This document shows, in pieces, positions 1 to 9,717 of a stretch of 64,000 nt of DNA (within the stretch, counting starts at the first letter, position 1; each line of letters opens with the position of its first letter). A program made the translations under genes and the position numbers. Origin of the DNA: Planctomycetota bacterium (GTDB taxonomy: Bacteria > Planctomycetota > PLA2 > JAEUHO01); the NCBI GenBank assembly GCA_965223505.1, contig CBDCWP010000008.1, positions 110,560-174,559 of the forward strand, in the 5' to 3' direction. Below the pieces are notes generated by a model. That model made no database searches, had not been told where the DNA came from, and saw only the letters and a program-made list of their open reading frames with translations.

Positions 1-753
1 CACCTTGACGCGGTCCGGCGCGAGAACGCCGAGCTCGGTGACCTCGTACTCCGCGCCGGCGCCGAGCAGCCGGATCTTGTCACGCTTCTTCAGCACGCCG
101 TCGATCAACCGCAGGTAGATCACGACGCCGCGGAACTCGTCGAACACCGCGTCGAACAGCAGTGCTTTGAGCGGTCCGTCGGGGTCGCCGTGCGGCGGCG
201 GAATCACGTCGATGATGCGGTCGAGCACCTCGCGGGCCCCGTCGCCCGTCTTCGCCGAGCAGTGCAGCGCCTCTTCGCCCGAGATGCCGAGTACGGCCTC
301 CATCTCCTCGGCGACGCGCTCCGGCCGCGACGTGGACATGTCGGTCTTGTTGAGGACGGGAATCAGCTCGAGGTCGGCCTCGATGGCGAGGTAGGTGTTC
401 GCCACGGTCTGGGCCTCGACGCCCTGCGTCGAGTCGACCAGCAGGATCGCCCCTTCGCACGCCGCGAGTGAGCGACTGACCTCGTACGTGAAGTCGACGT
501 GCCCGGGCGTATCGATGAGATTGAGGACGTATTCCTTGCCGTCCTTCGTGTAGGGCATGCGCACCGCGCGCGCCTTGATCGTGATGCCGCGCTCGCGCTC
601 GAGGTCGAGGTCGTCGAGCACCTGCGCGGACTTGACGCCCCGCTCGACCAGGCCCGTGATCTCCAGGAAACGGTCCGCGAGCGTGGACTTCCCATGGTCG
701 ATGTGAGCGACGATGGCGAAATTGCGGATGTGGGAGATGGGGCCCGCGGTCAT
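1..753 (-). CDS. lepA: Translation elongation factor 4 (LepA), N-terminal part; runs off the window start
   Basis: Manual translation from ATG at 753: [31 protein letters not shown]...[14 protein letters not shown]...[40 protein letters not shown]...NKTD; canonical LepA G-domain motifs. Absent from the ORF track because no stop codon lies in the window. Confidence 0.97.
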   Translation of the reverse strand, partial: MTAGPISHIRNFAIVAHIDHGKSTLADRFLEITGLVERGVKSAQVLDDLDLERERGITIKARAVRMPYTKDGKEYVLNLIDTPGHVDFTYEVSRSLAACEGAILLVDSTQGVEAQTVANTYLAIEADLELIPVLNKTDMSTSRPERVAEEMEAVLGISGEEALHCSAKTGDGAREVLDRIIDVIPPPHGDPDGPLKALLFDAVFDEFRGVVIYLRLIDGVLKKRDKIRLLGAGAEYEVTELGVLAPDRVKV

Positions 754-764
754 CGGGCGGGATT

Positions 765-787
765 GTAGGGGCGATCTCGCGGTCCCC
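765..787 (+). repeat. Degenerate GTAG-type REP-like element
   Basis: GTAGGGGCGATCTCGCGGTCCCC resembles the GTAG-GGGC...GCCC units at 24446, 24507 and 34517; the palindrome is imperfect. Confidence 0.4.
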
Positions 788-793
788 TTGGGA

Positions 794-1378
794 CTACCGG
801 AGGCGCTCCACGAGCGCGCGCAGCGCATTGCCGCGGTGGCTCAAGGCGTTCTTGGCGTCGGCGCCGAGCTCGGAGAGGCGCACGCCGCTCGGCGGATGGA
901 AGAACAGCGGGTCGTAGCCGAATCCACCGTCCCCCTTGGCCGGCCAGCGAATGACACCCTCGACCGTTCCCTCGGCTTCGGCGAGCACCGACCCGTCCGG
1001 CGCGGCGACGATCACGTAGCACACGAAACGTGCCGCCGGGTCCGTGACGCCCAGCGCTTCGAGCCGTTCGATCAACAGGGCGTTGTTCGCCGCGTCGTCG
1101 CCGTCCTCACCCGCGTACCGCGCCGAGCGCACGCCCGGCTCGCCGTCGAGCGCGTCGACGACGAGTCCCGAGTCGTCCGCCAGCGCCGGCGCGTTCAGGT
1201 GGGCCGCGATGGCCGCGGCCTTCAGCAACGCGTTGGCGCGAAACGTCGAACCGGTCTCTTCCACGTGCGGAAGGTCCTCGGCCACCCGCACCTCGACGTC
1301 GAGCGGCGCGAGGATCTGGCGGATCTCGCGGACCTTGTGCGGGTTGTTCGTAGCGAGGTAGAGCGGACGGAGCGACAT
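794..1378 (-). CDS. rdgB: dITP/XTP pyrophosphatase (Ham1/RdgB family)
   Basis: [62 protein letters not shown] motifs; lies directly downstream of rph, the usual arrangement. Confidence 0.96.
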   Translation of the reverse strand: MSLRPLYLATNNPHKVREIRQILAPLDVEVRVAEDLPHVEETGSTFRANALLKAAAIAAHLNAPALADDSGLVVDALDGEPGVRSARYAGEDGDDAANNALLIERLEALGVTDPAARFVCYVIVAAPDGSVLAEAEGTVEGVIRWPAKGDGGFGYDPLFFHPPSGVRLSELGADAKNALSHRGNALRALVERLR

Positions 1379-1381
1379 CGG

Positions 1382-2110
1382 CTACGCGAGCGGCGCCGCC
1401 ATCGCGGCCTTCGAAATGTCGAGCGTCTGCTGAATGCCCGAGCGCGCGAGGTCGAGCAGCTTCGTCAGCTCGTCGGCATCGAACGGGCGGCTCTCCCCCG
1501 TGCCCTGAATCTCGAGGAACCGTCCGGATGCGGTCATCACGACGTTCATGTCCACGTCGGCGCCGCTGTCCTCGACGTAGTCGAGATCGGCGAGCGGAAC
1601 GCCCTTGACGATGCCGACGGAGATCGCGCCCACCGGGTCGATGATCGGCCACTTGTCGAGCGGCTTCTTGAACATGTAGGTCCGCAACGCGTCGCACAGC
1701 GCGACGTAGGCGGCGTTGATGCTCGCGGTGCGCGTTCCGCCGTCGGCCTGCAGCACGTCGCAGTCGAGCCAGACCGTGCGCTCGCCGAGCGCCCGCATGT
1801 CCGTGACGCCGCGCAGGACGCGCCCGATCAGGCGCTGGATCTCCTGCGTGCGACCGTCGATCCGCCCCGTCGAGCGGGATCGCGGCTTGCGGTCGCCCGT
1901 CGAGCCGGGCAGCATCGCGTACTCGGCCGTGACCCAACCCTTGCCGCGCCCCATCATCCACTTGGGGACCCGTTCCTCGATCGATGCGGTACAGAAGACG
2001 TGGGTGTCCCCGCAGCGATAGAGCACGGATCCCGGGGCGGAGCGGGTGAAGCGGCGCGTGATCTCGACCGGGCGGATCTGCCCGGGCTCGCGCCCGTCGT
2101 GGCGGCTCAT
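1382..2110 (-). CDS. rph: Ribonuclease PH
   Basis: R.DGR...IRP, GWVTAEYAMLP, GRTQEIQRLIGR, DCDVLQADGGTRTASI, DLDYVEDSGADVDMNVV, EIQGTGE. Confidence 0.97.
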   Translation of the reverse strand: MSRHDGREPGQIRPVEITRRFTRSAPGSVLYRCGDTHVFCTASIEERVPKWMMGRGKGWVTAEYAMLPGSTGDRKPRSRSTGRIDGRTQEIQRLIGRVLRGVTDMRALGERTVWLDCDVLQADGGTRTASINAAYVALCDALRTYMFKKPLDKWPIIDPVGAISVGIVKGVPLADLDYVEDSGADVDMNVVMTASGRFLEIQGTGESRPFDADELTKLLDLARSGIQQTLDISKAAMAAPLA

Positions 2111-2248
2111 CGAGGAACTCCAGGGGGGGCCGGAATCCTACCTCCGGCCCGGCCGCGAGCGGGGTCAAGTCGGACCCCCCGAAACGCCGATAGCGACACC
2201 GGGCGAAGGAAGTGAGGCCGTAGGGACACTGCAGGCCAACCCCCCCCT

Positions 2249-2548
2249 ATGGTCAAATCCGCCGTTCCGTCTCCCCGCGTCACCGTGCACAGCGGAAGCC
2301 GCCGCCTCGAAGCGCTGCCCGTGCTGCTACGGGGGGACGAAGCCTCCCTCGTCATGAAGACGGTGCCGCCCACGCAGGAGCTCGACCTCGTCCTCAGCTG
2401 GCCGGACGGACGCACCACACATCTCGACACGCGCTTGCGCGCCGTCGACGGCGGCGGACGGATCGCGCATCTCGCCGTCGTCGGCGTACGCGACGCGTGG
2501 GAGCCCTTCCTCGAGTACCTCGGCCGCGCGTCGGCAGAGGGGCGATAG
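2249..2548 (+). CDS. Small hypothetical protein, possibly a PilZ-like beta-barrel
   Basis: 99-aa ORF with protein-like composition, alternating beta-strand pattern and a C-terminal helix (WEPFLEYL); no RxxxR motif. Confidence 0.5.
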   Translation: MVKSAVPSPRVTVHSGSRRLEALPVLLRGDEASLVMKTVPPTQELDLVLSWPDGRTTHLDTRLRAVDGGGRIAHLAVVGVRDAWEPFLEYLGRASAEGR

Positions 2549-2675
2549 CGCCCCGCCGCCCGCCTCGAGGCGTCCGACATCGAAAAGTGAGGGGACCGCG
2601 ATCGGTGGCGGGCCCGCGTCGCTACCTCCTGTGGACCCCAGAGGTTCGTTCTCAGCACGGAGGAGATTCCCCATC

Positions 2676-3083
2676 ATGCGAACCAGCCAAGTTCGTCGCC
2701 TATTGCTCGTGTTTTCACTGTTGGCGTTCGTTTGCGCGCCCTGTCTGTCCACCCACGCCCCGGTTGCGTCGGCCGACCCGACCTGGGTGCCGATCTTCGA
2801 CGACATGATCGTCGCGAGCATCCGGCCCGGGAACGGCGCCGAGATTCGAATCGTCGAGGCCTCGAAGGGCCCGGATCTCGAGAATGCCGTCGGCGGGAAG
2901 GCGAGCTACGACCGCCTCGATGCCGTCCTCTCCGACCTGGCCGGCGTGACGGCGGTCCGCACGGACGGCTGCTACGTCGCCGGATCTGCCGGCCTGTCGA
3001 TGCTGGCGGCCGCCGGACTCACGAATGACACGGACCTCCCGTCCGACGTCGCCGGGCTGAGCCACGCTCGCCGCTCGGACTGA
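2676..3083 (+). CDS. Hypothetical secreted protein
   Basis: SD GGAGGAG at 2659-2665, ATG at 2676; signal-peptide-like MRTSQVRRLLLVFSLLAFVCAPCLSTHAPVASA. Confidence 0.7.
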   Translation: MRTSQVRRLLLVFSLLAFVCAPCLSTHAPVASADPTWVPIFDDMIVASIRPGNGAEIRIVEASKGPDLENAVGGKASYDRLDAVLSDLAGVTAVRTDGCYVAGSAGLSMLAAAGLTNDTDLPSDVAGLSHARRSD

Positions 3084-3096
3084 GCGTCACCGAGGC

Positions 3097-3121
3097 GAGG
3101 CGAGGGGGCGCCCCTCGCCTC
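3097..3121. terminator. Perfect 11-bp GC-rich hairpin between convergent genes
   Basis: GAGGCGAGGGG-gcg-CCCCTCGCCTC between the stops at 3083 (+) and 3129 (-); no U-tract. Confidence 0.5.
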
Positions 3122-3128
3122 CAGCCCA

Positions 3129-3647
3129 CTAGCCGCGCCACCACGACAGATTCACGTCCCGCCGAATCGTCTCGGCGAGGATGCCGAGGTCCGCTCGGCT
3201 CTCGCGAATGTCCTGCAGGTTGATCTCGTGCACCGGTTTCCAGAACCGGGGGCGCAGGATGAAGAGGAGGCCGCGCTGCAGCGCGGTCTCCACGACCCAC
3301 CTGCGTTGGGTGTCGCGATTGGCCATCTCCAGCGAGGTGAGCAGCCGCTCCAGGTCCTCCAGCCCTCCCGCCTCCAGGCGGAGGAAGACGAAGGGGAACT
3401 CCTTCGTGCTCTCCCGACCGGCGGACGCGGACGCGACCCGGAACGTCGGCACGAGCTCGAGCGCCCGCACCAGGGGGTAGACGAGGACGTTGAACCCGCG
3501 CTCGCGGGCCTCCTCGATCTCCTCCATGTGTTCCACCGCCGCCGGGTCGCCGTGCAGGTGGCCGCACAGACCGCACTGCTCGAATTCGATGCCGCTCACG
3601 AGCGTCGGCTCGAGCCGGCGGCTCCCGCACTCCTCACAAACCGCCAT
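3129..3647 (-). CDS. Hypothetical protein with N-terminal zinc ribbon
   Basis: MAVCEECGS...EQCGLCG (two CxxC pairs); starts 2 nt after the dapF stop. Confidence 0.75.
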   Translation of the reverse strand: MAVCEECGSRRLEPTLVSGIEFEQCGLCGHLHGDPAAVEHMEEIEEARERGFNVLVYPLVRALELVPTFRVASASAGRESTKEFPFVFLRLEAGGLEDLERLLTSLEMANRDTQRRWVVETALQRGLLFILRPRFWKPVHEINLQDIRESRADLGILAETIRRDVNLSWWRG

Positions 3648-3649
3648 TT

Positions 3650-4501
3650 TCAAGCTTCTCCCGGCCACCGGCCTTCGAACACGTCGACGGTCGGCCCGCG
3701 CAGATACACCTGCCCGTCGTCGGCCCATCGCACCTGCAGCGTGCCGCCGTTCAGCTCCACGGCGACCTCGCGGTCCGTGCGCCCGGTCAGCGCGCCCGCG
3801 ACCACGGCGGCGCAGGCGCCGGTGCCGCACGCCTCGGTCTCGCCGCAGCCGCGCTCCCATGTCCGCTGGCGAATCCGGTTCCGCCCCAGCACCTGGACGA
3901 ACTCGACGTTTACCCGCTCAGGAAAGGCGGCATGGGTCTCCAGCGCCGGGCCGAGCGTCGTCACCGGGGCCGACGCGACGGCGTCGACGAAGGTGACGGC
4001 GTGCGGGTTGCCCATCGAGACCGCCGTGATCCGCAGCGTCTCGCCGTCCAGGGCGAGCGCCTCCTCGACCGCGCGTCCCTCGCCCTGCATCGGCAGCGAG
4101 CTGCGCTCCAGGCCCGGCGCGCCCATGTCGATCGTGACGTCGCGCGTTCCGTCCGGCGCCGTGGCGTGCATCTCGACGCCCAGGACGCCGGCGCCCGTCT
4201 CGGCCGTGAAATGCGTCCGATCGCCGATCCAGCCCCGCTCGTGGACGAATCGGGCCGCGCAGCGCAGGCCGTTCCCGCACATCTCGGCCTCCGAGCCGTC
4301 GACGTTGAACATCCGCATCCGGAAGTCCGCGTCGTCACTCGGCATGACGAGGATGAGGCCGTCGGCGCCGACGCCGCGGCGGCGGTCCGTCGTTCGCCGC
4401 GCCAGGCCGGTCGGGTCGGCGACCAGGTGCGTCTTGGCGTCGACGACGACGTAGTCGTTGCCGCAGCCGTGCATCTTGGTGAAGGGCAGGGACTCGCTCA
4501 C
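3650..4501 (-). CDS. dapF: Diaminopimelate epimerase
   Basis: FTKMHGCGNDY, GVGADGLI, NVDGSEAEMCGNGLRC, SMGNPH, WERGCGETEACGTGACA; GTG start at 4501 (the track ORF is over-extended). Confidence 0.97.
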   Translation of the reverse strand: MSESLPFTKMHGCGNDYVVVDAKTHLVADPTGLARRTTDRRRGVGADGLILVMPSDDADFRMRMFNVDGSEAEMCGNGLRCAARFVHERGWIGDRTHFTAETGAGVLGVEMHATAPDGTRDVTIDMGAPGLERSSLPMQGEGRAVEEALALDGETLRITAVSMGNPHAVTFVDAVASAPVTTLGPALETHAAFPERVNVEFVQVLGRNRIRQRTWERGCGETEACGTGACAAVVAGALTGRTDREVAVELNGGTLQVRWADDGQVYLRGPTVDVFEGRWPGEA

Positions 4502-4801
4502 CGGACGTCGGCGCTCCGCTCGCCCGCGCCTGTCGCGTGCGAGTTCCACAGGGTAGGGGCGTTCCCGCCACCGGCGAAGTGTCGCATAACGGGACGGATG
4601 CCCGGGCTGACGCTCCCAGGCCCGCCGAATGGGGCGTCGAAGGGCCCGTGACGCCGAAAAACCGGGCGCGTCGGTGGAGCCGCCGCGGTTAGCTTGTATC
4701 CCGCGGGTTTTGGCTGGCCCGCGCATGAGTACCAGGAATTTCCAGCACGTGAGCGTGGTCGTTGCGCCCAGGGGGGGCGTGTGCAGTCCCGTTTCGCGTG
4801 C

Positions 4802-7585
4802 ATGATCGACGTGCACCCCATTGACCACCTCTCCGACGTGCTGGCGAGTGATCGACCGCCGCACGAACGGCGTCGCCTCCTGCGCGAAGCCGATCCGGAC
4901 ACCGAGACCCTCAACGGGCTCGTGGACGAGGCCGTCCGACTGCGCAGCACGGAGCCGGTGGGCGCCGAGCGGATCTCGCGGTCCGTGCTGGCGGTCGGGC
5001 GCGCCAAGAACCTCTCGGCGCTGACGCTACACGCCAGCCGCACGCTCGCGCAGATCGAGATCGTCCGCGGCAAGCCGCGCAACGCACTGCGCATGTTGCG
5101 CAAGCTCAGTCCCGTCATCTCGCACCATCAGGAGGCGTCGGTCGTCCTCGAGCTCGCGCAGACCCTCGCACTGCTGGGGCGACGAAGTGAAGCGCTGCAG
5201 GCGATCGCGGATGCGCGCACACGGCTGCCCAAGGACGGTGCGTTGCGACAGCTCGCGATGCTCGACCTGGGCGAGGCCACGATCCTGGCGGACAACGGCG
5301 ATCTCGAGGGCGCGCTCGGACTGATGAACCGTGGCCGGCGCGGCATGCTCCAGTCGGGATCGAAGAACACGACCATCGCGTCGATCGACATCAACCGCGC
5401 GACGGTGCTCAGCACCATGGGCCGCTACGACCAGGCGGCATCGACCTATCGGCGCACCATCCGCCAGCTCAACGCCGACGGACAGGTCGCGCTCGAGCTT
5501 CAAGCGCGGTTCAACATGTCGTGCCTCGAGGTCTTCCGCGGGAACTACCACCACGCGCTGCACGGCTTCCGCGGCCTGCGCTCGCGATTCCGGGAGATCG
5601 GGGACGACCGGCACATCGCCGAGTGCGACCTGGCGGAAGCCGAGGTCAACCTCGTCCTGAATCTTCCGACGCAGACGGTCTCGCTTGCGACCCGTGCGGA
5701 AACGACGTTCAAGCGCCTCGGCCTCGAGGACGAGCGGGCGAAGGCGAGCTTCTTGTCCGCGGTCGCGGCCCGCGCGCTCGGCCGCACCAGCGAGGCCATG
5801 CACAGGCTGGAGCAGGCGCGCCGCACCTTCCAGGCCAGCGGCTGCCGCACGTGGGAGGCGATGTCGCTTCACCGCCTGGCCGAGTCCGATCGCGATATGG
5901 GGTTGATGGGCGCCGCGGCGACGCGCGCCGCGCGGGCCGCCCAGATGCTGCGCCATCAGGGGTTGCACGAACGCGCCGGACACGCCGAGGTGCTGCTGGC
6001 CCGCATCGAGATCGAGATGGGCGAGGTCGAGAACGGCCACCGCCGCCTCCAGCGCGTCATCGACGACACGCCGATTCGCCAGAGTCCCTGGCTTCGCTGC
6101 GAAGCGCATCACCACCTCGCGCTGGCCGAAGAGGCGATCGGTGAGACCGGCCGCGCGGTGCGCAACGTTCTGCGGGCCACCAAGATCCTCGAACGGCACC
6201 GGCTCGCGATCCCGCCGGACGAGTACATGGCCGCGTTTCTCAACGGCCGCGCCCGGTTGTTCGAGGACGCCGTGCGTCTGGTGCTGAAGCACGGTGGTCA
6301 GGCTGCGCCGCGCCGCGCGTTCGAGCTCACCGAGCAGGCCCGCGCCCGCGCCTTGCTCGACATGCTTCGTGGCCGCGCGTCGGTCGCGGCGCCCGAGCGC
6401 GGCGACGACGACGGGCTGTCCCAGATCCGCACCGTTCGACTGCCGCAGCTCAAGGACAAGGCCAACGTGAAGCCCGCCTCCGAGAGCGGGGCGGGCATGC
6501 CGCGCCGGCTCGCGAATCTCGCGCTCGAGCGGCCGCGTCCCGCGCGCAGCCGCGGCGCGACGCCGCCCCGGCTGCACGAGGTGGCCAAGCGGCTGCCGTC
6601 GGACACGACGCTGGTCGAGTACTTCCTCAGCGGCGACGAGCTGCTGACGTACGTCCTGCAAGACGGGAAGCTGAAGCTTCGTAGGCGCGGCCTGCCACGC
6701 AGCGCTTTGCGCCGCGTGCTGAGCCGGATGCAGTACCAGCTCGACCGACCGAACGTCGAGGAGCACCGCAAGAGCGGCGGGCGGCCGTTGCGTTCCGCGT
6801 TGGCGGTGCTCGACGAGCTCAACGACATCCTGCTCGGCTCGGATCGCGACAGCCTCGACTGCGAACGGATCGTGATCGTCCCCCACGGCGAGCTGCACGG
6901 CGTTCCGTTCGCCGCGCTGACGTGCGCGGGCAGTCCGCTGATCGAGGAGTACGAGGTCGTGACGGCGCCCAGCGCGGCCATCTACCTGCACTGTCTCGAC
7001 GCGCGCACCAGCGACGGACAGGACAACCTGTTCCTGGGGGTTTCCGACGCAGGGCGGCCGTACGTCAACCGCGAGGTCAGCTCGCTCGTGTCCCTGCTGC
7101 CGAACTCGAGCTCGCTGCTGGACGAGGCGGCGTCGCGCGCGGCGTTGCGCGAGCGCGGCGAGCGAGCCCGAACGATCCACATCAGCGCGCACTCGGAGTA
7201 TCGCCACGACGACCCGATGGAGTCGCGCGTCCTACTCTCGGACGGTTGGCTCACGGTGCCGCAGATCTACTCCATGAAGCTGCGCCCCGAGCTGCTCGTC
7301 CTCTCCGGGAGCGCCACCGGGCGCGCGGCCGTCACCGACGGCGGCGACTTGTTCGGACTCGCGCGCGGCTTCCTGTTCGCGGGCGCCTCCAGCCTGCTGA
7401 CCACGTTGTGGGAGGTCTCCGGCGACCGCACCGCGGACTACATGGAGCGTTTCTACCGCTGGTACACCGAGACGGGCTCGGCCGCCGCGGCCATGCGCAA
7501 GGCGGCGCTCGAGATCCGCTCCGTCAACCCGCATCCGTACCACTGGGCGTCGTTCGTGCTGACCGGACGGGGGTCACCCGGCTAA
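4802..7585 (+). CDS. TPR-repeat plus C-terminal CHAT (caspase/HetF-like) domain protein; catalytic motif degenerate
   Basis: Long helical TPR-like N-terminus; CHAT motifs LVEYF, IVPHGELHGVPFAAL, IHISAHS, LLVLSGSATG, GLARGFLFAGA.SLLTTLWEV, HPYHWASF. Confidence 0.88.
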   Translation: MIDVHPIDHLSDVLASDRPPHERRRLLREADPDTETLNGLVDEAVRLRSTEPVGAERISRSVLAVGRAKNLSALTLHASRTLAQIEIVRGKPRNALRMLRKLSPVISHHQEASVVLELAQTLALLGRRSEALQAIADARTRLPKDGALRQLAMLDLGEATILADNGDLEGALGLMNRGRRGMLQSGSKNTTIASIDINRATVLSTMGRYDQAASTYRRTIRQLNADGQVALELQARFNMSCLEVFRGNYHHALHGFRGLRSRFREIGDDRHIAECDLAEAEVNLVLNLPTQTVSLATRAETTFKRLGLEDERAKASFLSAVAARALGRTSEAMHRLEQARRTFQASGCRTWEAMSLHRLAESDRDMGLMGAAATRAARAAQMLRHQGLHERAGHAEVLLARIEIEMGEVENGHRRLQRVIDDTPIRQSPWLRCEAHHHLALAEEAIGETGRAVRNVLRATKILERHRLAIPPDEYMAAFLNGRARLFEDAVRLVLKHGGQAAPRRAFELTEQARARALLDMLRGRASVAAPERGDDDGLSQIRTVRLPQLKDKANVKPASESGAGMPRRLANLALERPRPARSRGATPPRLHEVAKRLPSDTTLVEYFLSGDELLTYVLQDGKLKLRRRGLPRSALRRVLSRMQYQLDRPNVEEHRKSGGRPLRSALAVLDELNDILLGSDRDSLDCERIVIVPHGELHGVPFAALTCAGSPLIEEYEVVTAPSAAIYLHCLDARTSDGQDNLFLGVSDAGRPYVNREVSSLVSLLPNSSSLLDEAASRAALRERGERARTIHISAHSEYRHDDPMESRVLLSDGWLTVPQIYSMKLRPELLVLSGSATGRAAVTDGGDLFGLARGFLFAGASSLLTTLWEVSGDRTADYMERFYRWYTETGSAAAAMRKAALEIRSVNPHPYHWASFVLTGRGSPG

Positions 7586-7591
7586 GCGCCG

Positions 7592-8497
7592 CTACGCCGG
7601 CCGGATCTTCATCGACAGGTCGAGCGCCGGTGCGCTGTGCGTCAAGGCGCCGACCGAGATCCGCGCGACGCCCGACGAGGCGTAGGCCTCCACGGCCTCG
7701 ACGGACACGCCGCCGGTGACCTCGAGCTCGGGGCGCGGTGACGGGCGTTGGCGGATGTAGCGCACGGCCCTGCGGATGTCGGACAGGTCGAACTCGTCGA
7801 GCATCAGGATCGTCGCGCCGGCTTCCACCGCCGCTTCGAGCTCCGCCTGGGACTCGACCTCCACGTAGAGCTGCGTTCCGTCCGGCAACGCCGCCTTGCA
7901 CGCGGCCACGGCGCGGCCGATGGCCTCCGGACCGGTCGTTCCGTACGCCGCGCGAAGGTGGTTCTCCTTGATCATCGCCGCGTCGGCGAGGTCCATGCGG
8001 TGGTTGCGTCCGCCGCCGCAGCGAACGGCGTACTTCTCCAACGCGCGCCAGCCCGGTGTCGTCTTGCGTGTGTCGTAGATGCCGGTTCCGGTCGCCATCG
8101 TGCCCTCGACGAACCTCGCGGTGAGCGTGGCCACCCCGCTGAGGTGCCGAATGACGTTGAGCGCCGTGCGCTCGCCCGCGAGCAGCGCCGCGGCGGCGCC
8201 GTGAAGCGTCATCAGCGTCGCGCCCGCGCCGACCTGATCCCCGTCTTCGTATTCGCCTTCGACGGTGATCCCGGGGTCGAGCAGGAGGAACGTCGGCTCG
8301 ACCAACGGCAGGCCGCAAACGACCCCGGACGCCTTGGCGACGATGTCGGCCGTCGCTTGCGCGGACGGTTCGATCAGCGCGGCGACCGTCACGTCGTCTC
8401 GGGCCCGGTCCTCCGCCAGCGCCTGCTCGAGCAACGGAAGAAACGGGGCGAAGTCGAAGCCGACCGGGTCGAAGTCGTCGTCTGACGCGTCGTTCAT
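7592..8497 (-). CDS. nadC: Nicotinate-nucleotide diphosphorylase (quinolinate phosphoribosyltransferase)
   Basis: ALAED..DDVT, ERTALN, DTRKTTPGWRALEKYAVRCGGG.NHRM, MIKENH, VEVES, MLDEF, ISVGALTHSAPALDLS. Confidence 0.97.
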   Translation of the reverse strand: MNDASDDDFDPVGFDFAPFLPLLEQALAEDRARDDVTVAALIEPSAQATADIVAKASGVVCGLPLVEPTFLLLDPGITVEGEYEDGDQVGAGATLMTLHGAAAALLAGERTALNVIRHLSGVATLTARFVEGTMATGTGIYDTRKTTPGWRALEKYAVRCGGGRNHRMDLADAAMIKENHLRAAYGTTGPEAIGRAVAACKAALPDGTQLYVEVESQAELEAAVEAGATILMLDEFDLSDIRRAVRYIRQRPSPRPELEVTGGVSVEAVEAYASSGVARISVGALTHSAPALDLSMKIRPA

Positions 8498-8898
8498 GGC
8501 GGCATCCTACCGGCGGAGCCTTGGGGAACGTCGGCGGCCCCGAACGTGATCCGCAGCGCCCGGCATGCGCGCAGCCGGGCGACGGTGCGCGGCCCGAAGC
8601 CGGGAATGCGCTCGAGCTCATCGAAGGACCGCAGCGGGCCGTTCGCGAGTCGGTCGTCCACGATCGCGTAGGCGCGCCGGATGCCGACGCCGGGCAACAA
8701 CCGCAGCGTCGCGACGTCCGACTGCGAGAGATCGACGAGCACCGGCTTCGGCGTCGTCGGCGTACGGCGCGCGCATGCGCCGGCGAGTCCGCCGGCGAGG
8801 TGCGCAGCGAGCCCCAGGACGAGAAGGCCGTCGCGCAGCCGCCGCACGGCGCTGCGTCGCGCACGGCTCACCGGGCATTCGGCGGCGGGCGGGGGCAT
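8494..8898 (-). CDS. ComEA-like helix-hairpin-helix DNA-binding membrane protein
   Basis: Hydrophobic segment, then VDLSQSDVATLRLLPGVGIRRAYAIVDDRLANGPLRSFDELERIPGFGPRTVARL (two HhH motifs); start could be ATG 8898 or GTG 8871. Confidence 0.85.
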   Translation of the reverse strand: MPPPAAECPVSRARRSAVRRLRDGLLVLGLAAHLAGGLAGACARRTPTTPKPVLVDLSQSDVATLRLLPGVGIRRAYAIVDDRLANGPLRSFDELERIPGFGPRTVARLRACRALRITFGAADVPQGSAGRMPP

Positions 8899-8961
8899 CC
8901 TCCTGTTCCTCGCCGCACGCGGTCCGCCGGTTTCTCCCGCTGCACGTAGAATCGGCGCGCC

Positions 8962-9717
8962 GTGACCGGATCCTCCGACACCAACGGCGTGGTGGTGCGC
9001 GCCACCGGCCTGCACATGACCTTCGGGCGCGGCGACGCGGCGGTGAACGCGCTGCGTGATGTCAGCTTCGAGCTTCGGCGCGGCGAGTGCCTCGGCCTGC
9101 TGGGCGCCAACGGCAGCGGCAAGAGCACGACGATGCGCATCGTGCTCGGCATCCTCGAGCCGACGCGCGGCGACGTGGCGGTCCTCGGCGGCGCCGCGGG
9201 CCGGCGCGCCGCGCGCGCGCGCACGGGATTCGTTCCCGAGGAGGCGCGCCGGTTCGGCCGCCTGTCCGGTCGCGAGACCGTCGATTTCTTCGCGCGATTG
9301 CAGGGCGTTCCGCGCAGCGAGCGCAAGCGACGCGTCCAGGACGCGTTGATCGCCGTCGGGCTCGCGGAGCGCGCGTGGAAGCAGCGTGTAGGCAACTACT
9401 CGCGCGGCATGACACGACGCCTGGCGATCGCCGCGGCGTGGGTGCACCGGCCCGCGTTGCTGGTGCTCGACGAACCGACGGCGGGTCTCGATCCGCCCGG
9501 TACGGAGGAGATCCTCGACCTGCTCGCACGGCACCGCGACGAGGGCGGCGCGACGCTCATCTCGACGCACGACCGCGTCACGGCGGAAGGCGCGTGCGAC
9601 CGCGCGCTGGTCCTCTCGCACGGCAAGCTCGCGTTCGAAGGCAAGACGCAGGCGCTGCTCGCGGACGACGACGGTCCTTCGCTGGCCGGTCTGATTCGGA
9701 AGTCCGCCCGTGCGTGA
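8962..9717 (+). CDS. ABC transporter ATP-binding protein (exporter type)
   Basis: Walker A GANGSGKST, signature YSRGM, Walker B LLVLDEPTAGLDP, H-loop STH. Confidence 0.93.
   Translation: MTGSSDTNGVVVRATGLHMTFGRGDAAVNALRDVSFELRRGECLGLLGANGSGKSTTMRIVLGILEPTRGDVAVLGGAAGRRAARARTGFVPEEARRFGRLSGRETVDFFARLQGVPRSERKRRVQDALIAVGLAERAWKQRVGNYSRGMTRRLAIAAAWVHRPALLVLDEPTAGLDPPGTEEILDLLARHRDEGGATLISTHDRVTAEGACDRALVLSHGKLAFEGKTQALLADDDGPSLAGLIRKSARA

Noticed and set aside
4553..4569. GTAGGGGCGTTCCCGCC as another REP copy
   Set aside because: Only a 4-bp stem; does not fit the 8-bp stem/5-nt loop geometry.
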